From NCBI GenBank assembly GCA_035703525.1, contig DASSYA010000024.1:69309-133308 (forward strand): a DNA stretch of 64,000 bases. The letters run 5' to 3'. The notes under the pieces are model-generated. The model had not been told where the DNA came from and did no database searches. It saw only the letters and a list, made by a program, of their open reading frames with translations. Shown piece by piece: positions 36,959-45,334 of this stretch. Each line of letters begins with the position of its first letter. The stretch's first letter is position 1. This DNA comes from Gemmatimonadales bacterium. Lineage in GTDB: Bacteria; Gemmatimonadota; Gemmatimonadetes; Gemmatimonadales; GWC2-71-9. A program made the position numbers and the translations under genes.

Positions 36959-38230
36959 ATGGCCAGGGACAAGCTCGGATTCAACGCCACCTGGTCGATG
37001 GCCGTCGGTGGGATGGTCGGCGGAGGGATATTCTCGACCCTGGGAGTGGTGGTCGGCATCTCGGGTGCGCTCGCCTGGCTGAGTTTCCTGGTCGCCGGCC
37101 TCATCGCCCTCGCCGCCGGCTACAGCTATGTGAAGCTGGCGGCCGAGTCTCAGGAGGGCGGCGGCAGCTTCACCTTCCTGCGGAGGATCGGTGCGGACGG
37201 CGCCGCCGGTTCACTCGCCTGGGTCCTGATCGTCGGCTACATCCTCACCAACGCGGTCTACGCCTTCACCTTCGGCCAGTATCTGGGTCATGTTGTTGGC
37301 CTCGGCCCCTGGTTCCCGCGCGTCGCGGCAGTCGGCATCCTCGCCCTCTTCGTCGGCGTCAATCTCCGTGGCGTCGGCGAGGCGGGCGGGCTCGAGATCA
37401 TTCTCGTCTGGTTCAAGCTGGCCGTGTTGCTCGGACTTGCCGGGTGGGGGATCGCCACGTGGAATCCGCCCATGCTGTCGCAGGGGATCCCACCGAGCGG
37501 TATCGGGACGGCACTGTTCGGTGCGGCCTCGGTGTTCATCGCCTATGAGGGTTTTCAGCTTCTCACCTACGACTATGACGACATCGAGCATCCGGATACC
37601 ACCCTGCCGCGTGCCGTCTTGTCGGCGATCGTCGTGGTCATCGTGGTGTATATCGCCGTCGCCCTCGGGACGGTCATGCTGGTCGGTGCGGATCAGGTGA
37701 TCACCAACAAGGAGGTCGCCCTGGCCATTGCGGGTCGTCAGGCGTTCGGGACGACCGGTTTGATCGTGGTCACGACCGCCGCCGCGTTCTCGACCGGTTC
37801 CGCCATCAACTCCACGCTGTTCGCGACCGCACGACTCGCCGAGACGGTGGCGCATGCTGCGGAGCTGCCCGCAGGGCTGGCCAGGGAGAATCACGCGGGT
37901 GTCCCCGACCGGGCGGTCCTCTGGCTCGGCGGCGTGGCGGCACTCCTCGCCGCCGTCGGCACGTTGACCTCGCTGGTCGAGGCGGCCAGCCTCGCCTTCC
38001 TCGCCACGTTCTCGATCGTGTGCGGACTCGCCTGGCACGCCAAGGCTGGCCACCGCGGCATCACCAGTGCCGGGGCCATTGCAGAGACAGCGGCGACCGT
38101 CGCCCTCGTGATTCGCCTGTTGGCGACCGAGCCACTCGCCCTGGCCTTCCTCGCGGTGCTGATCCTGATTGCGGTCTTCGGGCGCTCCACCATCCTCGCG
38201 CACACCCGGACCTTGCCCCCGAGCAGCTAG
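36959..38230 (+). CDS. APC family amino acid permease
   Basis: ATG 36959 preceded by GGAGG. MARDKLGFNATWSMAVGGMVGGGIFSTLG. About 12 TM segments. The 534 codons upstream in the same track ORF are antisense to the ALDH gene and rejected. Confidence 0.8.
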   Translation: MARDKLGFNATWSMAVGGMVGGGIFSTLGVVVGISGALAWLSFLVAGLIALAAGYSYVKLAAESQEGGGSFTFLRRIGADGAAGSLAWVLIVGYILTNAVYAFTFGQYLGHVVGLGPWFPRVAAVGILALFVGVNLRGVGEAGGLEIILVWFKLAVLLGLAGWGIATWNPPMLSQGIPPSGIGTALFGAASVFIAYEGFQLLTYDYDDIEHPDTTLPRAVLSAIVVVIVVYIAVALGTVMLVGADQVITNKEVALAIAGRQAFGTTGLIVVTTAAAFSTGSAINSTLFATARLAETVAHAAELPAGLARENHAGVPDRAVLWLGGVAALLAAVGTLTSLVEAASLAFLATFSIVCGLAWHAKAGHRGITSAGAIAETAATVALVIRLLATEPLALAFLAVLILIAVFGRSTILAHTRTLPPSS

Positions 38231-38263
38231 CGTGCGGACGATCAGGTCACGGTATCTTCCACC

Positions 38264-38698
38264 ATGCCGATCCATACCGACACCCATGCGCACGGCGGTC
38301 CCGGCTCGACCATCACGGGTCCGTTCGATGTCACCATGACCCCCACCTCGATGGTGGCTCAACCCGAGGGCACCCCCCTCGCCCGGATGACCCTCGTCAA
38401 GCGATTCCGTGGTGATCTCGACGCCGAGAGTCACGGCGAGATGCTTGCCGCGATGACCGCCACACCAGGCTCGGCCGGTTATGTCGCGATCGAGTGGGTG
38501 CGGGGTACGCTCCTGGGGAAGCGCGGCACCTTCGTGCTGCAACACAGCGGCAGCATGGATCGCGGCGTGCCGTCGCTCGACCTGCACGTCATCCCCGACT
38601 CCGGCACCGACGAGCTCACCGGCCTGCGCGGCACGATGACCATCCAGAACGAGCAGGGCGCGCATGCGTACGAGTTCACCTTCGTGCTCCCGCGCTGA
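38264..38698 (+). CDS. DUF3224 domain protein
   Basis: 144 aa. RFRGDLDAESHGEMLAA...GYVAIEWVRGTLLGKRGTFVLQHSG...GSGTDELTGLRGTMTI matches my recollection of DUF3224. Confidence 0.7.
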   Translation: MPIHTDTHAHGGPGSTITGPFDVTMTPTSMVAQPEGTPLARMTLVKRFRGDLDAESHGEMLAAMTATPGSAGYVAIEWVRGTLLGKRGTFVLQHSGSMDRGVPSLDLHVIPDSGTDELTGLRGTMTIQNEQGAHAYEFTFVLPR

Positions 38699-38722
38699 TC
38701 CCCCTCCCAGGAGCCGTCGATC

Positions 38723-39193
38723 ATGTCGAAAACCCGCGATGTTGCCGGACTGGCTGGCTGGGTGATCGTCGCATTCACAGCGGCAGCCATCGGTTCACAG
38801 TTCATGCCCGACGTCTGGTACGAGTCTCTTGCGAAACCGTCGTGGAATCCACCGAACAGCGTGTTCGGACCGGTCTGGACCGTGCTGTACACGATGATGG
38901 GCACCGCCGCATGGCTGGTATGGCGTCGAGGTGGCTTTCGGGGCGGGAGCGTCGCCCTGGTGCTCTTCGGGAGTCAGCTGGTGCTCAATGCGGCATGGTC
39001 ATATCTCTTCTTCGGCGCCCATTACATCGGCTACGCCCTGCTCGATATCGTGGCCTTGCTCGTGCTGATCGTGATGCTCATCTGGCGGTTCGGCCGCATC
39101 GATCGTCGGGCAGGATGGCTGATGGTGCCGTACGCCGCCTGGGTCGCGTTCGCGACCGCACTCAACGCCTCGATCTGGCAACTCAACCGATGA
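38723..39193 (+). CDS. tspO: TspO/MBR family tryptophan-rich sensory protein
   Basis: WYESLAKPSWNPPNSVFGPVWTVLYTMMG, LVLNAAWSYLFFG, PYAAWVAFATALN; 5 TM segments. Confidence 0.85.
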   Translation: MSKTRDVAGLAGWVIVAFTAAAIGSQFMPDVWYESLAKPSWNPPNSVFGPVWTVLYTMMGTAAWLVWRRGGFRGGSVALVLFGSQLVLNAAWSYLFFGAHYIGYALLDIVALLVLIVMLIWRFGRIDRRAGWLMVPYAAWVAFATALNASIWQLNR

Positions 39194-39200
39194 GGCACGG

Positions 39201-40553
39201 GTGATGCCCGACATCATCCGACTCCAGTGGCAGCGGCTCCGAGGCAGCCTCTGGTTCCTGCCGACCGGCATGGCAGCCATGGCCGCGGCCCTGGCGTTCA
39301 TCCTGGTCGGCATTGATCGCTCCGCACCAACCGAGTGGCTGCTGAAGCAGGCGTGGGTCTACTCCGGAGGAGCCGACGGCGCGAGCGCGGTGCTCCAGAC
39401 GATCGCCGGTTCGATGATCACGATCGCCGGGGTGGTGTTCTCGCTCACCCTGGTCGCCCTCACCCTTGCCTCATCGCAATTCGGCCCTCGCCTGCTCCGC
39501 AACTTCATGCGCGACACCACCAATCAGGTGGTGCTCGGCACCTTCGTTTCGACGTTCCTCTATTGCCTGCTGGTGCTCCGCACCATCCGGCACGACACCG
39601 AGGCGCTCTTTGTGCCCCATCTGTCGGTCACCTTCGGCCTCGTGTTCGCGCTCGCCTCGCTCTGGGTCCTGATCTATTTCATCCACCATGTGTCGACCTC
39701 GATCCAGGCCGACTCGGTCATTGCACGGGTGGCCCACGACCTCACCGATGCCATCAATGCGCAGTTTCCACTGGTCCGCAGCATCACCGACACCGCAGCG
39801 TCCGATCAACGCGTCGACGCGACATGGCTGCGTGAGAAGTCCGATGGGTCACTGCCACTCGCGGCGTCGCGCGCCGGCTACCTGCAGTGGATCGATCTCG
39901 ACCGACTCACCGCGCTCGCCGAATCCCGTGATCTTGTGCTGCAGGGACAGCGCCGGGTCGGGCAGTATCTCATCGAGGGCGGTGCCGTGCTGCTCGTGCA
40001 GCCCGGTCACCGACTGGACGATGACCTCACCACACGACTCCGTGACTGTTTCCGACTCGGCGACCAGCGATCGGACCTGCAGGATGTCGAGTTCGCGGTC
40101 CATCAACTGGTCGAGGTCGCGGTGCGGGCGCTCTCACCAGGCATCAACGATCCGTTCACCGCGATTTCGTGTGTGGACCGGCTCGGAGCAGCACTCGGAC
40201 GACTCGCCACGCGGCCGATGCCGTCCGGGGTTCACCTGGGCGGCACCCGGGAGGTGCGCCTCGTGATGCCCGTCAGCGACTTCGAGGGAGTGGCCGACGC
40301 CGCATTCAATCAGATCCGTCAGTATGCCCGGACCGATGTCGCGGTGACGCTCCGATTGCTTGAGGTGATTGCCCAGGTCGCGGCCGTTGCCGACCGATCC
40401 GGTGACCGTGACACACTCCGCCACCACGCCGACAGGATTCTGGCCGGTGCCGAAGGCGCGCTGCCGGACACATCGGATCGCGAGACGGTGCGCCGGCGCC
40501 ATGCGGTTGCCGTGCGGGCAGTCCATCGTGGTGAAGTGCCGACGCTCACGTGA
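39201..40553 (+). CDS. DUF2254 domain membrane protein
   Basis: 450 aa. N-terminal LRGSLWFLPTGM, 4 TM segments, then a soluble region with SPGINDPFTAI typical of DUF2254. Confidence 0.75.
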   Translation: MMPDIIRLQWQRLRGSLWFLPTGMAAMAAALAFILVGIDRSAPTEWLLKQAWVYSGGADGASAVLQTIAGSMITIAGVVFSLTLVALTLASSQFGPRLLRNFMRDTTNQVVLGTFVSTFLYCLLVLRTIRHDTEALFVPHLSVTFGLVFALASLWVLIYFIHHVSTSIQADSVIARVAHDLTDAINAQFPLVRSITDTAASDQRVDATWLREKSDGSLPLAASRAGYLQWIDLDRLTALAESRDLVLQGQRRVGQYLIEGGAVLLVQPGHRLDDDLTTRLRDCFRLGDQRSDLQDVEFAVHQLVEVAVRALSPGINDPFTAISCVDRLGAALGRLATRPMPSGVHLGGTREVRLVMPVSDFEGVADAAFNQIRQYARTDVAVTLRLLEVIAQVAAVADRSGDRDTLRHHADRILAGAEGALPDTSDRETVRRRHAVAVRAVHRGEVPTLT

Positions 40554-40556
40554 GCC

Positions 40557-41516
40557 TCACCTGCGCTCGCTCGGGTCCGCCTTCGTGTCGACCGGTGTCC
40601 ATTCGGGCGGCGCAATCAGCGTCGAGGTCGCGACCGCAATCGCCACGCGACCGTCACTCGCCTCGACCTCCTCGAGGATCCGGCTGAAGAGTCGGTCCTT
40701 GGTGATCCGACGACTCTTGTAGTCGACCACATAGCGGACCGTGAACGTGATCCAGCTCTGGTCAAAGGTCATCGTCACCATCGGCTCGACTCGCGCATCC
40801 TCGACCAGAAAGCTTCGACGGATCGCGTTCCAGCCATTGCGCGCTCCGGTCGTGTACTCCCCCACCACGTCATCGGCGACGCGCTCGAGGACGGCACGTG
40901 CCTCCTTCGGGTCGGAACCGAACCTGACGGGCACCGTGATCTCGTCCCAGAGGAACGCGAAATCACCGGAGTAATTGACCACCGGTTCCTTGAACACGAA
41001 GCTGTTGGCCACCCGCACGACACGACCGTTGTAGAGGTCGCCGTTCACCCATTCGCCCAGTTCCATGAGTGTGGTGCGCAACACACCGATATCGATCACG
41101 TCGCCCTTGATGCCACCGAGCTGCACGCGGTCACCGGTGCGATAGAACCCCGACATCGCGATGGCGAACCACCCGGCAAACGAGGCGATCACTTCCTGCA
41201 GCGCAAACGCGATGCCTGCGCCCGCGACCCCGAGCGTCACGGTGAGCCCGCCCAGCCGACCACTGTAGATGCTGAGCAACAGGATGATCACCGTGACGTA
41301 GCCGGCGAAGACGACCAGCTTCCGACCGCGATAGCGCGCCTCGGGGTCGCTCACCCACCGACTGAGTGACTTGTTGACGAACCGGACCACCGCTACCGTG
41401 ATCAGGATGCCGACGAACAGCGTCACCAGTTTCCCGATCGTGGGATCGGCGAGCCAGGTTTGCACGGTCGCGGTGAGCGAGTCCATCAGCGACTCCGGCA
41501 GATGGGGAACGAGCAC
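40557..41516 (-). CDS. Mechanosensitive ion channel family protein (MscS-like)
   Basis: 3 TM segments, then the MscS pore/beta domain FYRTGDRVQLGGIKGDVIDIGVLRTTLMELG...NSFVF. Confidence 0.85.
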   Translation of the reverse strand: MLVPHLPESLMDSLTATVQTWLADPTIGKLVTLFVGILITVAVVRFVNKSLSRWVSDPEARYRGRKLVVFAGYVTVIILLLSIYSGRLGGLTVTLGVAGAGIAFALQEVIASFAGWFAIAMSGFYRTGDRVQLGGIKGDVIDIGVLRTTLMELGEWVNGDLYNGRVVRVANSFVFKEPVVNYSGDFAFLWDEITVPVRFGSDPKEARAVLERVADDVVGEYTTGARNGWNAIRRSFLVEDARVEPMVTMTFDQSWITFTVRYVVDYKSRRITKDRLFSRILEEVEASDGRVAIAVATSTLIAPPEWTPVDTKADPSERR

Positions 41517-41543
41517 ACTGCAATCTACCTCGGCATCCGCCCG

Positions 41544-41813
41544 TCAATGCCCTCGCGCGGATGAGCGCTTCGGCCAATGGACGAACTCCGGCTCGTACAG
41601 CGTCGCCTCCATGTCGTCCAATCGCTCGCGCAGGAAGGCCTGGGTGTCGGCGATTGCCTGGTTCCGGACCGATGGGGCGATCTCCTGCAGGATGTATTGC
41701 AGAAGTTGTCGCACCTGGATGTCACTCAACTCGATCTCGAGTTCGGTGTCGGCAAATCGCTGGAGCGAGGCGATCGCCAGTTTCGTGTGGTCCGGGGAAA
41801 GTGTGATGGACAG
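41544..41813 (-). CDS. DUF2164-like small protein, apparent non-canonical (CTG) start
   Basis: The track ORF starts at TTG 41729. The same frame stays open upstream and reads (L)SITLSPDHTKLAIASLQRFADTELEIELSDIQVRQLLQYILQEIAPSVRNQAIADTQAFLRERLDDMEATLYE, which looks like a full-length DUF2164 domain. CTG at 41813 has GAGGTG 4 nt (5 nt from the GAGG core) upstream. No ATG/GTG/TTG occurs in frame upstream. Confidence 0.55.
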   Translation of the reverse strand: MSITLSPDHTKLAIASLQRFADTELEIELSDIQVRQLLQYILQEIAPSVRNQAIADTQAFLRERLDDMEATLYEPEFVHWPKRSSARGH

Positions 41814-41904
41814 GATGCACCTCGAGGTGTGGGCGTGAGCGGCCGCAGGATGGTTCGACCTGGCGTTGCGGGCGGGGCGGCCCCCGACCGCGTCGTACCA
41901 GCTG

Positions 41905-43362
41905 CTATCCGCTGGTCAGACCATGACGATGCACCGACACGGGGTGATCGGGAAGTGGGGCTGCCACGGTGAACGCCACCACGAACGTCGTCCCCTCACC
42001 AACCCGGGATTCGACCGTGATGGTTCCACCCATCGCCTCGACCAGACGACGCGACACGGGCAGTCCCAGACCCATGCCCCCGGTCGCGCGGTCGCGCGAG
42101 CGGTCGACCCGGTAGAAGCGTTCCCAGATCCGGTCCAGCTCCCCCGCCGGAATGCCATTCCCCTGATCGGACACGACGATGCGGACCCCATCCGCACCGC
42201 TGGTCACCGCGATCGACACCGAGCCCACGACCGGCGAATGGGTGAGGGCATTCCGGAGCAGGTTGCGAACGACCTGGCCAAGTCGCCGGGGATCGGCCTG
42301 CGTCACATGCTCCCCTGCCGGACGAGCGCACACGATCCCATGGTCCATCCCGAACGACGCGACCGCCGCGTCCACCACCGCGGCCACCTCGACGGGCTCG
42401 AGCGAGACAACGAGCTCCCCGGCCTCGGCGAGGCTCAGGTCGCGCAGGTCATCGACCAACCGTGTCAGCAGTCCGGCTTCCTCCTGCAGTACCGCGATCA
42501 GCTCGGCATCGGGAACTCGCAGCCCGTCCTCGACCGCTTCGAGCAAGCCGGTGATGTTGGTGAGCGGTGTCCGGAGTTCGTGCGCCACATCGGTCACCAT
42601 CTGGCGACGCTGCTCCTCCGATCGCTGGAGGTCGCCGGCCATCGCATTGAACGAGGCACCGAGCTGGGCGATCTCGTCGGAACCCTGCACCGGGACCCGG
42701 GCCGCAAGGTCTCCCCGGCCGAGACGCGAGGTCGCCCGCACCAACTCGCCGACCCGACCCAGCAGCGGTCCGGAGATGGCGAACGTGACCAGCGCTGCCA
42801 GGATCGACCCGATCACCAGCGCCCACCGTACTCGTCCCAGCAATGCCGTCGAGGCCTGCGGGGTGCGGTTCGATGTCAACCTGTCGGTGTGGATCGCTGG
42901 CAAGACCACCAGATACCGCGGGTCGAGGGAATCCCGCGGATCGATCAAGCGGCCGGTGCCGACGAGACGGATGGTCGCCTGATGGCCGTCCGAGGCTTCC
43001 TCACGTCGCCATTCGAACTCACCGTCGGGTTGTCCGACAAAGCCCCCGGGCGCCATTTCCGGCAGTGCGCTGGCGCGGACGCGACCCGACCCGTCGATGA
43101 TCGCGGCGCCGAGCAGGAGGGAGTCTGCCGCCACCCGCTCTGCCAGCAAGGTGGACAAGGCAACCGAGTCGTCCTCGGGAGCGCGCAGCACAAGCTCCGT
43201 CAGGTCACCGTCGGCAGCGGTGAGCATCCGATCGACCCGTGCCTCTGCGGTGACGCGACGGATCTCGACCGTGCTCCAGCGGCCGAGGAGCGTGCCGAGG
43301 CCGACCAACCCGACCACGAGCAGGGCCCAGACCACGATGAAGAAGCGAAGCCGGAGTGACAT
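41905..43362 (-). CDS. Sensor histidine kinase (TM-sensor-TM-HAMP-HisKA-HATPase)
   Basis: H-box VAHELRTPLTNI. N/G boxes (LLRNALTHS, DQGNGIP, GMGLGLPVS). Start ATG overlaps the regulator stop (ATGA). Confidence 0.85.
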   Translation of the reverse strand: MSLRLRFFIVVWALLVVGLVGLGTLLGRWSTVEIRRVTAEARVDRMLTAADGDLTELVLRAPEDDSVALSTLLAERVAADSLLLGAAIIDGSGRVRASALPEMAPGGFVGQPDGEFEWRREEASDGHQATIRLVGTGRLIDPRDSLDPRYLVVLPAIHTDRLTSNRTPQASTALLGRVRWALVIGSILAALVTFAISGPLLGRVGELVRATSRLGRGDLAARVPVQGSDEIAQLGASFNAMAGDLQRSEEQRRQMVTDVAHELRTPLTNITGLLEAVEDGLRVPDAELIAVLQEEAGLLTRLVDDLRDLSLAEAGELVVSLEPVEVAAVVDAAVASFGMDHGIVCARPAGEHVTQADPRRLGQVVRNLLRNALTHSPVVGSVSIAVTSGADGVRIVVSDQGNGIPAGELDRIWERFYRVDRSRDRATGGMGLGLPVSRRLVEAMGGTITVESRVGEGTTFVVAFTVAAPLPDHPVSVHRHGLTSG

Positions 43363-44060
43363 CAGTCCGGCTCAACCAGTCTGTACCCGACGCCCATCAC
43401 CGTTTCGAGCATGGCACTTGCCCCGTCGCGCGCCAGATCGAACTTGCGGCGGATGTTGCGCACGTGGACATCGACCGTCCGCTCGAGGACGTCCGGCGAG
43501 TCACCTGGCAGATGACCGAGCAGCTGGCTTCGCGACAGGGGTCGCGCAGCTCGATCCGCGAGCGTCGTCACGATCGCGTATTCGCTCGGTGTCAGCGCGA
43601 GTCGCGCACCGGCCAGACGAACCTCGTGTCGGGCGCCATCGATCTCGAGGTCTCCGAGGCGCCGGATCGGCTCGGCGTCAAGGGGAGCCCGTCGGAGCAA
43701 CGCATTGGCGCGCGCGACCAATTCGCGTGGCGAGAAGGGTTTCGTGACGTAGTCGTCGGCACCCACCGCGAATCCCGCGATCCGGTCCTCCTCGAGCGTC
43801 CGCGCCGTCACGAAGATCACCGGCACACCGCGCTCGGCGGTGAGCGTGCGGCAGATCTCGAGGCCGTCGGCTCCCGGAAGCATCCGGTCGAGAATCAACA
43901 GGTCGAATGGTTCGCGCCGCGCACGGGCGATGGCGGTCCGGCCATCGTGTTCGACTGCCACCCGATGCCCAGCATGACGGAGGTAGAGGGCGATCACCTC
44001 AGCGGTCCGTCGATCATCCTCGACGACCAGGACACGACGCCCCGTGATGGACTCAGGCAT
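43362..44060 (-). CDS. OmpR/PhoB-type response regulator
   Basis: ATG 44060 (MPESITGRRVLVVEDD). Receiver motifs (DLLILDRMLPG, KP). Winged-helix C-terminus (LTPSEYAIVTTLA...VDVHVRNIRRK...VMGVGYRL). Confidence 0.85.
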   Translation of the reverse strand: MPESITGRRVLVVEDDRRTAEVIALYLRHAGHRVAVEHDGRTAIARARREPFDLLILDRMLPGADGLEICRTLTAERGVPVIFVTARTLEEDRIAGFAVGADDYVTKPFSPRELVARANALLRRAPLDAEPIRRLGDLEIDGARHEVRLAGARLALTPSEYAIVTTLADRAARPLSRSQLLGHLPGDSPDVLERTVDVHVRNIRRKFDLARDGASAMLETVMGVGYRLVEPD

Positions 44061-44089
44061 GGGTCGTCGCGCCGGCCCGTGCGGCACGG

Positions 44090-45229
44090 TCAGAACGGCA
44101 GGAGGTAGCGCTCGAGGTAGAGCAGGTCATCCGCATCATTCCTCGCCAGATACACGGTCTGCTCTCCCATCCCGACGATCCGTCGCGACGGTCCGACCTG
44201 GATGGTGGCGGCACGATTCCCGTTGGGAAGGAAGATATCGTAGGCGAACGGTGTCCCGGCGGGCGTGTACCGGCGGACCCAGAGCCGATCCATGCTGTCG
44301 ACCCAGAGATCGCTGGCGCTGAACGCCGGCTTCGTCGCCGGCCATGTCACGTCCTTGAACGTGCCGGATGGCATGGCACCGCGCTTGAGCGAGAACGACA
44401 TGTTGCCGTTGTTGTTCTCGACCGAGACACTCACCCCGCCCTGACGACGACGCTCCTCCAGGTACGCCGCCTTCTCGGCCTCGGTGATGGGCACGGGTTG
44501 ATAGGCGACAGGCGCACCGCGGTACACCTCACCGGTCGGCGTCCGGACATCGACATGATAGTCGGCCGCACGCACGACATACACCAGACCCGAGCGCGCC
44601 ACAGCCCAGCCATCGGTCGGCGAGAGCGGCACCGGGGCTGATTGTTCGCTGCGATTGTTGGGTCCGCCCGACGAGGTTCGCGTGATCTCCGGGCCACGCA
44701 GTCGAGCCACGGTCATGGTCGGTCCACCACCCACCGGGAGGCGTTGCACCCTGATCGAGTCACCCTCGGGAATGCCCGCAAAGTAGAGTGCTCCCTGCGC
44801 ATCGGTCCCGCCGACATTGATCATCGTCGGTCGTCCCCCCGCACCCTCCGCGAGGATCGGCTGGACGGCACCGAATCCACCGGACCGACCGAGCCGCACG
44901 AGCCGGTTGTTGCCGAGATCCACGAGCAGCGTCGAATCGTTGGTGAGCGGCCAGACCCGGTCGGGTTGGATGTACTCCCCGGGACCGCTTCCCCGGCGAC
45001 CCAGGATCGTCACGGTGTGCATTCCGGCGTCGACATGCCGGAGCACGCCGTCGATCGGGTCTGCAATGAGCAGTGACCCATCATGGAGCTCGCGGACGCC
45101 ATTGATCATCCCGAATGGCTTGGTGATCTGACCCGTGGGCGCGGCGAGGGAAAGCGTGCGGGGCGTCTGGGCCCTGAGCGGGGCCACACTCGCGGCGATG
45201 ACCCCGGCAAGCAGGGGGATGGTGCGCAT
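44090..45229 (-). CDS. Secreted beta-propeller-like protein, unknown function
   Basis: Signal peptide MRTIPLLAGVIAASVAPLRAQ. Repeated strand patterns (GSLLIADPIDGVLRHVD, STLLVDLGNNRLVRL) suggest a 6-bladed propeller. The fold call is tentative. Confidence 0.65.
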   Translation of the reverse strand: MRTIPLLAGVIAASVAPLRAQTPRTLSLAAPTGQITKPFGMINGVRELHDGSLLIADPIDGVLRHVDAGMHTVTILGRRGSGPGEYIQPDRVWPLTNDSTLLVDLGNNRLVRLGRSGGFGAVQPILAEGAGGRPTMINVGGTDAQGALYFAGIPEGDSIRVQRLPVGGGPTMTVARLRGPEITRTSSGGPNNRSEQSAPVPLSPTDGWAVARSGLVYVVRAADYHVDVRTPTGEVYRGAPVAYQPVPITEAEKAAYLEERRRQGGVSVSVENNNGNMSFSLKRGAMPSGTFKDVTWPATKPAFSASDLWVDSMDRLWVRRYTPAGTPFAYDIFLPNGNRAATIQVGPSRRIVGMGEQTVYLARNDADDLLYLERYLLPF

Positions 45230-45334
45230 GGGACAGCCTCCGGGGGATCCGTCGATCGTTGAGTGAGCAGCGTTCAGCGTCGAGTCTACCCAGCGCGCAT
45301 GAAGACGATGTGAAGGGACCCTGCCTCCTGCCTC

